Shown in pieces: positions 13,479 through 24,225 of a DNA stretch of 64,000 nucleotides. A program made the translations under genes and the position numbers. The stretch is from Babesia bigemina. Taxonomy: Eukaryota. The number at the start of each line of letters is the position of its first letter. Position 1 is the stretch's first letter. Under the pieces are notes generated by a model. The model was not told the origin of the DNA and made no database searches. It was given only the letters and a program-made list of their open reading frames with translations. Where the stretch lies: NCBI RefSeq assembly GCF_000981445.1, contig NC_027220.1, forward strand, positions 310,001 through 374,000. Reading direction: 5' to 3'.

Positions 13479-16400
13479 TCACGCAATACGCATCGCACTG
13501 AAGCTGCGGGACTTATCGTAGGGCTTGGGGTGTTCCGCGAGCAGCTTTATGTCTGAGCTCTTGTCCCAGTCGAGGCAATCGTCATTGGCCTTCCACGCGC
13601 GGTTGTAACCATCCATCTGCTGGAAGAAAGACCAGCGATCCCACTCGCGCTTGGGCAGACACAGCTTCTCCCTTATGGCGCCCTTGATCTCACCCAACGT
13701 CCAACGGGGATGTACCAGAACCTGGAACGGGTGGCCAAAGGTCTCGTGGTCAGGGGTCTGATGCATGACCGTCAGCAGCACACGTTCGCCGTTTTTAAGG
13801 CTCTCCTGCTCCTCGTAAGACCAGTCAGGCTCTACCCTTATTGGCGCAGCGAGGATGTTGCGGATGTTGGTGTTGACGTAATGCGGAAGGTCCCGCATGA
13901 GTCCCGATGGCTCGACAACCACGAACGAATCAGACAAGCACTCGACCATGCGCATTCTGACATTCGGCCCTAGATTTGCGATGCGAACAACCATGTCGCA
14001 GACCTCCCCAACAGTGATGCCTGCCGGAGCCTTGCCCATGCACACTCCTGTACACTCTACGCGACGGTTGAAAACCTGGACTACAAAGTTCAGCGACACT
14101 CCATCACACTTCACCGTCAAGTCGCTGTAACACTGGGGAAAGACTGCCATGTAAATGACGTTAGGCTTGTTGCTACCGCCCTCAAAGCGGCTATTAAGTG
14201 AATTAGCCAACGGCACTCCCCCCATCATTTCTTCACGGCCGGTGTCGCGACCAGAGTCGAGAATGCCAGTATCGCTGCCCGATATGGTGCGGTTTGGAAG
14301 TGCGAGAACGTTGCCGATGCCATTTGCATTTCCAGTGCCGCTTGCAGCGCTTATATCCGTTTGGCATGCGCTGTCAACGCTGTGGTCACTGCATTGCGCA
14401 TTGCTGTTTATGCTGCCTGACCTCATCACCGCATCCCTGTTGGCGTTGTCGTGTCTCACGGCCTTCCCCAAAGCGGTGAACAGATTAGACAAGGGCTTCT
14501 GGACGAAACCGAGTGAGCCATCGCGGTGGCAGAAGTCGTCGATCGACGCCGGGCGCATCCAAATAGACTCCAACTTGTGTGGTTGGTGGGCATAAAATAA
14601 CACGTGCGCGGGGTCAACACCCATGGACCAGCAGACATATCGAAGAGCATGTTTGCAAGGTACCCTGAGGTCAAGCGTGAACTGCACGGTCTTCAAAGGC
14701 CCTGCTACCTTGGGCGACTCTTCGAAGGACTTTGGCGACGGATCGTCTACACTTCCCACAGCCTTGACTATGGAGCCACAACAATTCACCCACGCACCCA
14801 ACTGCTCAAAAGGGTTGTACAGCTCGAACGTTATCGTCACGACGTTCAGGCGCCAATCGATAAAGCTCGGGAAGTCGTAGATGGGAAACATGTTCACGCT
14901 CTGGTACTTCAAAATCTCAGTCGCAGCGAACGATTCCCAACGCGCTCTCATGTCCCTGAATGCGATCGTGTGAGGGCTGATACTGGCGCCAGGGGCCTCG
15001 CCACTTTGCAGGTAGTCAGCAGACACGTGGAACAGGGGTCCCGAAAGGGCCCCCTCCAGAACTGGGCGAGTTTCAACGAAGTCCTCTTTCAGCGTGAATT
15101 TCGTATCTATCTCCTCCACCAAACGGCGCATAGATTCGGTAGGACGGAAGTTGAAAACCAGCAAGTCGCCATTTCCCAGGTGCTGCTCCTTCAGTGTCTT
15201 GTTCAGCGCAACCGCCTCATACAGGCCGGACTGCTCGACGTACCAATTCAGGTGCAAGGACTCCTCGTGAAGTATTTGGTTTAATATGGCGTCCATTTCC
15301 CGAACTGATTTGCTACTCATGTCCACGGATCCAATCCTGGAAACGCAACGTTCAATAGCGCTCACATGGTATGGCGTGATCAGGCCTTCGGTCATGAAGC
15401 GCGCCAACTTGCACAAAGCCGGTCCTGCAACCTGCAGGATCGTACCTTCCGGTGAGAGGTAGACCACATCGATGCATATCAGCCGTTCTCCATCCGGGTT
15501 TTCCGAGAAAATGTCGAAGTACTTAATGAAGAACAAGCTCGAAGACTGAATTGACGCACAGTGCATAGGCCGGGGGACGTAGAGAATATACAGCGTAGGG
15601 TCGTACACCTGGAAAACGTCGTGGCGAATCTGAGAAACAATCGATTGCAACGTGTCGTCGGAGACCTCCTGATGACCACGAACTTCAGCAAGGCAGCAGA
15701 AACGATGGGTGCTCCTGTTTATACCCATTACATGGAAGTTCTCCGGCCCGGCATACACATCCGTATCTGGTTTGGCAAACATGTTCCCAATGCGCTTCAG
15801 GGCTTCAGAGAGCACGGTGGAGCGATCGAACGTAATAACCTTGCCGCCCAGCCAGCCCATAAAAGGCTGGTCCATAAACTTAAGGCCCTCGAAATCCGAT
15901 TTTTCGAAAACCTTGACCTTGATGGACTGACTCAGACGTTCACGCACGCGGTGGCGCATCGCAGCAAGACGATCCTGCATACAACATCGGGTGATCATGC
16001 TGTACCCCTCGCTCACGGGGTCGCAGTCGCCGAGGATGTCCCCAGCCGCACTTTTCAAGACGTATATAAGGATGTACGCGTTGTAATTCTTGGTTCGCCG
16101 AGAGGGACGGGGTGACGACTCGTTTTCTGCTGAACAGTAATTGTAGCAGTCTGGTTCCTCGCCGCCGAAGTTGTCACCGATCACCGCGTACTCGCTGACC
16201 TTGGCCACATTCTCATCGTCGAAACGATGCCATTGCCTTTTGTCCGACGCCGCAAAGGCGTAGTAGTGGCCGCTGTTAATCGACCCGTGGTGCACGGACA
16301 CGGCCTGAAGCACATACTGACCGCCGGTAGGGCAGAAGGGAGATAGGTCAATCTCCTTGTAGAACTCAAAACGGTCGTTCAGCTTCACAGTGTCCATGCG

Positions 16401-17834
16401 CTGCAGGTCGAAAGTGAACCTCTTCAGCAAGAAAACGCAAACGGGCGGGAATTTCAGGAAACGGATGCCTTTGCGGGCACGCTGTTTACCGTGACCCTCA
16501 GCCTCGTACATGTTGTCGCCACTGAGAATCTCCGCCTCCGTCAACTTCTTTAACGAGTCGTAAATATCGGAACAACCCTGAATGTCAAGCTGAATGTCCT
16601 CAAAGGTTTCCATGCGAGACGACTTGTAATCGATGTCGATGCACTCAATGTAAGTTTCCATCTCACCTTCGAACATCTGCTTGACGGAACCCTCCACAGG
16701 TGTGCCCTTCATTTGCTCCTCCATTTTGTCAAGCAGCAGCTTCAAAAGCTCGTGCGAATCCTGCTGCGTAAACATGTCCGAGGAGTCCCAGCCAAAAGAA
16801 CGCATCAGCTCCTTGCAAGGAGGCGCATGCTGTGCGTAGCGCAGCTTGTAAAAAAGATTTTGCAGCGCCAAGCCCACGCTGGGGACCTTCTTCTGCTCTT
16901 CCTCTTCTTCCATCAAAATGGCACGGCAATCACGCTCATCCATATTGCTGTCAACGAACAAGTCACTGTTATCCGCGGAGCCCTCGTTATCTTCATTATT
17001 AAATTCGCTGTGCTCGTGAGACTTACGTTTGGAGTTCTTGTACCCATTGTTGGATTGGACCTCGCTGGGGTGGCAATCACGCATTTCGCTCTGCAGTCGC
17101 TTCATAATCTCATACGACTGCTCTCCGATCATCTCGTCAACACGGAAGTTGAGGCTGTAGACCGCTTTGCGGAATTTGGTGATGCTGTACAAACTTTGGA
17201 GCAGCGCATTCATGTAGCACGTCGCCCCGTGGTTCTGCAACCCAACGAAGCCAGTAGCCTTCCGGCAGTCATACCCATGTTCACGCGCAGCGCGATTGAC
17301 CTCAGCACCAATAGGGTATACCCCTGCGCGCAGCACCAGGTCACCGTTTTCGTTCAGAAAGCCGCCATCGACCAACTGTGTGTGGGTAAGAATACCCTGC
17401 CACCCGCGGTCGGCCTCTGAACTCGAAAAATTGAAGCTGTCCGCCTTGTATACAGACAAGTGCACATCCTTGTGATTTAGGACAATCACGCAGAAACGGG
17501 TGCTGTAACACACCCAATTCTCAGGCCAGTCGTCCTTCGCAGTGCCCTCGACATACGCGGATATGTGATATTCCTGAATCCCCGAATCGCCTTCCGGCTG
17601 CGGAGAGACAGGAAAAAACATAATCCGGAACCTGAAGTTCGGAATGTCCTTCCATTCCGAAAAGACGGTCAAATTTTGCAGCCTTCGTATCTCTTCATTG
17701 GGGTCCCCTTCTTTTAACAACCGCGAAAGAGGCTCGATAACCTTGCCCCTAAAATCCGATACGACCAGCTCAACTTCGTTAGCAGAAATTGGCGGCATAC
17801 GATCAGGCGCCTCCTGATCCACGTACCAATGCAT
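13479..17834 (-). CDS. USP7: Ubiquitin-specific protease USP7/Ubp15-like (MATH + peptidase C19 + C-terminal UBL region)
   Basis: Cys box GLQNHGATCYMNALLQ, QQDSHEL and His box HHGSINSGHYYAF...WHRFDD. MATH-like N-terminus (FRIMFFP...ISAYV...DRGWQGIL) and C-terminal FGHPF...LLAEHP. First in-frame ATG is at 17834; the ORF track starts at a GTG. Confidence 0.93.
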   Translation of the reverse strand: MHWYVDQEAPDRMPPISANEVELVVSDFRGKVIEPLSRLLKEGDPNEEIRRLQNLTVFSEWKDIPNFRFRIMFFPVSPQPEGDSGIQEYHISAYVEGTAKDDWPENWVCYSTRFCVIVLNHKDVHLSVYKADSFNFSSSEADRGWQGILTHTQLVDGGFLNENGDLVLRAGVYPIGAEVNRAAREHGYDCRKATGFVGLQNHGATCYMNALLQSLYSITKFRKAVYSLNFRVDEMIGEQSYEIMKRLQSEMRDCHPSEVQSNNGYKNSKRKSHEHSEFNNEDNEGSADNSDLFVDSNMDERDCRAILMEEEEEQKKVPSVGLALQNLFYKLRYAQHAPPCKELMRSFGWDSSDMFTQQDSHELLKLLLDKMEEQMKGTPVEGSVKQMFEGEMETYIECIDIDYKSSRMETFEDIQLDIQGCSDIYDSLKKLTEAEILSGDNMYEAEGHGKQRARKGIRFLKFPPVCVFLLKRFTFDLQRMDTVKLNDRFEFYKEIDLSPFCPTGGQYVLQAVSVHHGSINSGHYYAFAASDKRQWHRFDDENVAKVSEYAVIGDNFGGEEPDCYNYCSAENESSPRPSRRTKNYNAYILIYVLKSAAGDILGDCDPVSEGYSMITRCCMQDRLAAMRHRVRERLSQSIKVKVFEKSDFEGLKFMDQPFMGWLGGKVITFDRSTVLSEALKRIGNMFAKPDTDVYAGPENFHVMGINRSTHRFCCLAEVRGHQEVSDDTLQSIVSQIRHDVFQVYDPTLYILYVPRPMHCASIQSSSLFFIKYFDIFSENPDGERLICIDVVYLSPEGTILQVAGPALCKLARFMTEGLITPYHVSAIERCVSRIGSVDMSSKSVREMDAILNQILHEESLHLNWYVEQSGLYEAVALNKTLKEQHLGNGDLLVFNFRPTESMRRLVEEIDTKFTLKEDFVETRPVLEGALSGPLFHVSADYLQSGEAPGASISPHTIAFRDMRARWESFAATEILKYQSVNMFPIYDFPSFIDWRLNVVTITFELYNPFEQLGAWVNCCGSIVKAVGSVDDPSPKSFEESPKVAGPLKTVQFTLDLRVPCKHALRYVCWSMGVDPAHVLFYAHQPHKLESIWMRPASIDDFCHRDGSLGFVQKPLSNLFTALGKAVRHDNANRDAVMRSGSINSNAQCSDHSVDSACQTDISAASGTGNANGIGNVLALPNRTISGSDTGILDSGRDTGREEMMGGVPLANSLNSRFEGGSNKPNVIYMAVFPQCYSDLTVKCDGVSLNFVVQVFNRRVECTGVCMGKAPAGITVGEVCDMVVRIANLGPNVRMRMVECLSDSFVVVEPSGLMRDLPHYVNTNIRNILAAPIRVEPDWSYEEQESLKNGERVLLTVMHQTPDHETFGHPFQVLVHPRWTLGEIKGAIREKLCLPKREWDRWSFFQQMDGYNRAWKANDDCLDWDKSSDIKLLAEHPKPYDKSRSFSAMRIA

Positions 17835-20800
17835 CCTTGAAGCGCTAATCTTATACGTGCCACCCACCAAACCGCCGTGCGCCGCGGAAATATAGAAGTA
17901 TAGCACACTCTAGTAATCGCGCAACGCCATTTCGACTCGTCTACTTGGCCTGGAATGCTGGTAAACGGGAATCTTACTGGACGAGTGACCAACTGGCAGA
18001 GCGATGATGATTCATTAAAATATGACTAGTATTGGATGTTTTACGGATTACACATCAAATAGTAAATGCAATGGCTTTGAACCGACAAACTTAACCATCT
18101 GCGTATCCGCTAAAACGGCGACACATTGCTGTCGGAGGCTCTATACCTGCCCCATGGGAGAGTAATCGGGGACACCCTAATTACACGTTAGCGGAAGCAT
18201 ATCGAGAATATGGCTCCGCTATTTTTCAACGGACGTTAGTGGCCTGTCGGTGTGGCCTTCCGCCCGGCGTCGCCATGAAGGTAGCCTTCGTCGGATTCTT
18301 ATGTGCATCGCTGCAACACACAACTAGCAGCGGTGATATGGCTCTGTGCGCGCGCAAAAACGGGGGTGCAAATGCTTCGCGCGTTCATAAGGACAAACGT
18401 AAGTGTTTGGACGATTTCATGCCCGCGCAAACACACCGTTCAGATGAGATAACGTATCGCCTTCCTGCGTACACCTATACGCAGAAGTTGGAAGATTATG
18501 CGCACTTTAAGTGAGTTCAAAAAATTTTGTGTCTATCACTGTTTTAACGGGTGTGCGAGTTTGTCCTTGTGCCAATGTCTGCGCAAGGTTTTCGATGATT
18601 CTGCACGTCAAACGGTTTTCTAAGCCCACACATGACAGGCCGTTTGTAAATTACATATGATATTATCGGTATCCGTTGAAATCGAGCTCATTATGGCCTG
18701 AGCGACTGCTCACGTAAAACACCGGATCGCGGTTTGACCGCTGTTTTGGTGCGTAGCTGAGTATCGCCGGTCTTGAGAACAGTCTGTAGATGTTGTATAA
18801 AAATGTTAGTGTTGTATTGTGTGATCTCTGACCCAGCGCTATATTGCGTCAATGTAGGGACCCTGGAAGGATCGCAACTGCTATGTGGAGGGATTACGTA
18901 GACAACAGCGGGCAATCCGGTGCGAAACTTAACCGACCGCTGCGTCACTACCCTGCACACCATTACAGGCGTGAAATAGGGCAGAAGATTGGATTGCAAC
19001 GCAAGGAAGCTCGGCTACGGAATGTTCTTAGAGCCTCCACCATGGCAAGTGCCAAAAATGACGTCAAGGCTCTGAACTATACACACCAGCCTGTTGTCTT
19101 AGATGCCTTAAAACATTATGAGGTGTGGCGAAATTTGTCTCTGGCAAGGCAAACATCGCAGCAGTAATAAACGTGGCATATCGGTACAGCCGTTTGTTAA
19201 CAATGCTCCAGTTAAGCTGGAAATGTGATGCAGCATTGGCCTCAGGCGCGTTTACAATGAATGCAGTGAGCGGAGAGCATTCTATTAAAGATTAAGAGGT
19301 GGTTTTATACCCATTGCTGTTGATTGTTGGCCTTAACATGAATTGCCCTCCTTCCCAATATCGCCCGCATTAACCACATCTCTGTAAAACATGTAGTTTA
19401 AATCAATTGGCCAATTGACTCGCTGGCCACCTAAAAGTTTTATCCTTTTACTGACCGTAAGGAGTTGATGAGGCGGCGTCCGTAACTAATTTCATTGCTT
19501 CAAGTAGTCGGACGACCCACGAATAGCTACTTACGGGTGATGCCGCGGTTATTGCAGCATAAGGGATAACAAAGCTGCACGATATAGGCAGACTGGGCAC
19601 AACACGGTACCCGGTCATCTGAACGTAAATAGTTTACTCAGGTCTAGTCCGTGTCTTCAGTGGCAACAGTCACTGGACGAAATTAACAGTCTTATTCTCC
19701 ACGAAGTTCTTTTGGCAATTCGGATCTACACGATGGTGGTTATGCATTTATTCCATCTGTGACATAGTTTGTAACTCCGCCTCTTGTTAGAAACACATTG
19801 AGATGAATACAGGTGCCTCAAAATTTTAAGGTTTTTAGATTACTTACGAACATTCAATGGTAATTTCAGTCCTGTATATATAACAACAACTTTAAGATTT
19901 CTGTATTTAGATAGGTAGTTAGTATTACGGCTGCAGTAGTGAAAAGAACCTCCTCATCAGCGAGACAACTGGCTATGGTGATGGGGCAATTGCTGATGCT
20001 AAGCCGTAAGCTTAATCTCGTGTTTAATATATGCTTTCAATTATTGGTAGTGGTAACAAACCATATCATTAACGAGAATTAACGCTCTGTCTCATCGTAC
20101 GCATATTGAGTTTTTTGCGTCATTTTAATGCGCAAGGTACTGTGGCTATTTGATTGGTTCATAACAACCTGAAAATCAGCCTATGAACCAAATACTCAAC
20201 GAGAGATTTACTGCCGCAATGATCAATGTCCCACAGTAACTCCACCAGTTAAATCAACCAACTACCATGTGAGCACTTGGCCACCCTACACGATTAGAGA
20301 ACAATGAAACCAAAAAGCAGTTCATTTGCTCACTGCGTTTTCACAGGACTTCACATCATAACTATTCATAAGGCTGAATCGACTTATATTGGTAATTACT
20401 AAATCACAGTTACCCGTGCCCGCCCTACGCAGCGGCAGCCTACGGCTTGCTGGGATGGATGAGGGGAAATTACAGAGCGATTCAGAATGGGACGTTAAGT
20501 GTGAGAAAGGTGATACATGTTTGAAAAACACGGCTAGTGTCAGATGGGTATGAAACGTTCTCGACACCCCTTGCCTCAATGAGGACTCCGACAGCAGCAA
20601 GGTAGGGATGTAAAAAGCTGCATCAGATTAAGTCGTTTAATGTCAACATAATGACACAACATAGAATGATAGTCAAAGATGTGGTTTTTCGTGTGCTTTG
20701 GTGTCGTTGTTCAGTAATGCAGATTTTGGTGCTTCAGCGTGAATGGCAGAACGCCCATACCAGACAGGAGATGCATAGCCTTAACAAGGTACGCAGATCT

Positions 20801-21594
20801 GTCGGATCCATCCAATTCTACGAACACGTAACAATAACAATCAGTTATGTCGCCCACTTTAGGCGAAAATCTGGTACCTCAAATACGGTTGCACAGCAAT
20901 GTATAGGCCAAGCTCAGCAGCACAAGGGAGCAAAATCGGAAACAGTTATGGTGGACCCATCAATGCGATTGTATCGGAAGTTGTTGGATACTAACCAGAT
21001 ACTGCTTCGTAACACTAAACGTGTCACTGCATTTTATCAGTGTACTGTGTTTCAGAGCTGAGGAGTCACGTCAGAATCTCAGAACTACATCCTTGGATGT
21101 AAAATAATCTACAGGTCGTCGCGCTCATAGGGCAGTCATAGGATATACGAATGCATAATGCTGAATTGGTCTTGGGAATTATCCCGTGTGTAAGCCACCG
21201 CACGGAGTGCACACTGTAATGTGCTTGTCGCAACCCATCGGAAAATCGAAAATCTTTGTCAATTTATGCACATATTATCACAGTATATGGGCGCATTGCG
21301 TCTCATTCATATTTGAAAAATAGACACTGCGATGACATTCGATGCGGATGCTGCATGCCACATCAACGGTATGGACCCGGCTGCCATGGAATAGCTGGGC
21401 GCTCGTCGCGCCTTCAACGAACGCCTATTCGATACATAGACGATACGTAATAATCAAATTTGACGCACATTTATCGGGTGTTGACAGCACTTTAGTTAGT
21501 CTGCGATCAAGGCACAGCGGTAATAGATAGGCTTCTGAATGCACAAAGCAACGCACGTTTTTAACTCACGCCTAGCATAAAGAATACATACAAG

Positions 21595-22443
21595 ATGGTA
21601 TACAATTCGTTGACCAATGTCCCTCGCAACTTCAAGGAAGCAGCTGACTGGTTGTTGGCACTGAAGGGCGATGACGTGAAAAACCTGGAGGCCATAGGTG
21701 AGGCGGTTTACAAGTTTCTTGTGGACAAGCCCGTTGGCAGGATACATCTGCCCGCTCTCGAGAAAGTTAAACGTATTTCCAAAGATTTCCTGGAGCAACG
21801 CGAGCTTAGGAACTATTGGTTCGTTGAAGAACTGTTGAAACGATACAATGACCGTATTAGTAAAACACCTGGAGCGTTAGCTAAGTGCTTCAGGGTTGTG
21901 GACGATTGCGATTATAAAAACGTTGTAAAGAGCAAGGGTATCACCGCTGCAGCCATTGCGGAGAAATTAGACAGGATTGTTAATGGTACTGAGATATTGC
22001 TTGATAGTGTCAAAATTCCTGACGAATATAAGTCTGCTTACAGTTCAGAAGCGACGTGGGAGTCCTCATGCGCAAAAGATCCGGAAGCTTGTGCGACGAT
22101 ATTCGTGGGGATTGCACCAATGCTATACGCAGGTGTACGTTGTCTGCACACTGCAACTATAGCAGCCCTTTTAAGATTGGTCCCGGTAACGAAGTATGAG
22201 TATGGTTTGGAAAAGACAATGAAAGCCTTGGGTTATGTAGAGCCGGAAAGCCGCACTGACATGAATATGCTTGAGGTCGACGCGGCGTTGAGAGATCTGT
22301 ATACAAGCGGGGTGTTAACGCTATGCGACCTCGCTGGGTTCTGGGCTTTCTATGGACTGGAAAGCAGCGTACATGAAGGTGAACCATCTGCGGAACCTTC
22401 ATTACGTGCAAAAGCTCGCGAATTCTTCTTGGGCGAAAATTAA
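21595..22443 (+). CDS. Short ves-related (variant erythrocyte surface antigen-like) multigene family member, 282 aa
   Basis: N-terminus SLTNVPRNFKEAADWLLALKG matches the VESA-type N-terminal motif (SLT..P.NLKEAIDW), and YKSAYSSEATW is present. A clear paralog lies at 63267-64000 in this window. Confidence 0.85.
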   Translation: MVYNSLTNVPRNFKEAADWLLALKGDDVKNLEAIGEAVYKFLVDKPVGRIHLPALEKVKRISKDFLEQRELRNYWFVEELLKRYNDRISKTPGALAKCFRVVDDCDYKNVVKSKGITAAAIAEKLDRIVNGTEILLDSVKIPDEYKSAYSSEATWESSCAKDPEACATIFVGIAPMLYAGVRCLHTATIAALLRLVPVTKYEYGLEKTMKALGYVEPESRTDMNMLEVDAALRDLYTSGVLTLCDLAGFWAFYGLESSVHEGEPSAEPSLRAKAREFFLGEN

Positions 22444-22890
22444 AAATATGGCATACCGGAAATTGACGTTGACATAGGTTTGGTGATTGCTTGGAATTCC
22501 AAAACATATCATAATAGGCGTCCCAAAATCTCTACTGCTGCCGCCACAGGCAACTTCCAGCGTCCTGGTGTGCCCACAGTGGCGAACTTAGACGCTGCTA
22601 GCCCAATTTAATGGATGATTATTCATGTAGCTATGGACTTATTGTTTCAATAAGTTTATTAATTATATGTTGATGGGTAATACTTCTTTGTCGTGTCTAC
22701 AGCCCATTATACACATACCAACCGATCTACCTAGTAAACAACCTTGTAGATATCGTATTAAAAATGTAGCCAGCGTAGTAGTGGCCGAGATGTAGGAATA
22801 ACTGCTGTGACCCCGTCGCCTCGGAAACCGCTAGAAATATTTGATACTCCATCTGGATTCCTCGGGAGTACAATCGCCAATGTGCCAATT

Positions 22891-23130
22891 GCAATTATCA
22901 ACCAAGACATTTTGCAGGGACACATAGATACAAGATGGTGAAGTGAGAGGACCTGGAGGACCCTATGACGTGACAGTTTGAGCAGACAACCGCGATCCTT
23001 ATTGTCCCCCTACGTTATGACGTGGGAGGGAATAGTGACAAAGGAGCACAGCAAGTTTAGACGGGACTGGGGCATATCGTATCGCATGGTAGGTCGGATA
23101 CAGACGCTAATGATCTTGAAAGTAGAACAA
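22891..23130 (+). mobile_element. Decayed 3' fragment of a non-LTR retrotransposon ORF (restriction-like endonuclease end)
   Basis: One frame reads AIINQDILQ...(stops at 22939 and 22966)...SPYVMTWEGIVTKEHSKFRRDWGISYRMVGRIQTLMILK. This resembles the RLE-type retroelement C-terminus as I recall it: GITxQDxLQ...IIPYVMTW[D/E]GxVTxxHxxYxxxLGIxxxxEAYIQxxVLKK. An A-rich tract with AATAAA follows at about 23299-23340. Confidence 0.7.
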
Positions 23131-23462
23131 CTTGACCTGAGCAACTTGAAACCAAAAGAAGACTATGACCCTGTGAGTGATGTATCTGCTCAAACTAGAC
23201 GGATGCCACCAGTAGCGTTCGGCAACAGCACGACGTGAAAAAAGGAATCGTACGGCGGTACGTGGTAAACGCAAGAAATGGCCTAAGCCAAATGCGGCAA
23301 AATAAAACACCATACAAACACTAAACAACGATTGATAAAACGTACCAGTAAAGTGTAAATGTTTGACATGCCATCTGTGTGAGTTGATGAGAAATGCCGT
23401 GGTAGGCCATCTGTTTTGTGCGTGGGTGTCACGTTAGCGTTAAGGTGTAGACTGAGGAGAGG

Positions 23463-24225
23463 TCAGTTGAAATCATTGGGCCGGTTTTCCAGTGCCTGTT
23501 TGCGCACTCTGGCGTTATACTCCTCTCGATTGTTGACAAAGAGCATGTAAGGGTCAGCTTGAGCTGGAGACAGCGGATTTGGATTGTCCAGGAGATCCTG
23601 CACGCTTGTAAACGCATATAAGCGATGCAAGGTGGATTTAAAAAAATGCGTACATGTAATACATCATAAAAAGGGAACCGACTCTTGACTTCATCGGAGC
23701 CGGCAGTTCCCGTAAAATGGCCATCGTCACGTCACGAATACGGGCATGACCGGTACGCAAACGGCTCAATTACCTGTATGCCGAGTAGAATCTGTTTGAT
23801 GGTGATTGACGGCTTCCAATCCTTGTCCTCGTTCAGAATGGAGAGGCACACCGTGCCCGAGGGATAGACGTTGGGGTGGAAGAGCACCGGGGTAAATTTG
23901 CACTTGGGCGGTTTGCTGGGATAGTCGTCCGTGAATTCCATTGTAAGGGTGTACTCCCCGCCCTCCCAAATCGTCCCCTGCGAAGCTTGAATATTACGTC
24001 GAGATAACGGAGGCAATGGAAAATGAAGTGCCGTGGTTAGACAAGACGTTCACCAAGCACAATCACAATCCTGACCTTTTTGCCGGGTATCTTACATATC
24101 CAATTCATGATATCCAGCCCGCTTCCGTCCGGCAGCGGCGAGTACTTGGCCGAGAATCCAATCGGGTGGTCCCGCCTCCAGTCGGCCCGTTCCTGGGCGA
24201 GGCGCTTCCTTGCTATGGTAGTCAT
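23463..24225 (-). CDS. UBC9: SUMO-conjugating enzyme UBC9, 162 aa, 3 exons
   Basis: Exons 24225-24076, 23977-23774 and 23597-23463. Reads [74 protein letters not shown]. Confidence 0.97.

Noticed and set aside
18239..21530. Short ORFs in the long intergenic island (for example 18844-19167, 20322-20600, 20651-21061)
   Set aside because: No recognisable motifs, mostly non-ATG starts, and no consistent splice chain found.
23385..23455. TGATGA...CTGA pair about 70 nt apart, resembling a C/D snoRNA
   Set aside because: No terminal stem, no guide complementarity I could identify, and it lies antisense to the UBC9 3' region.
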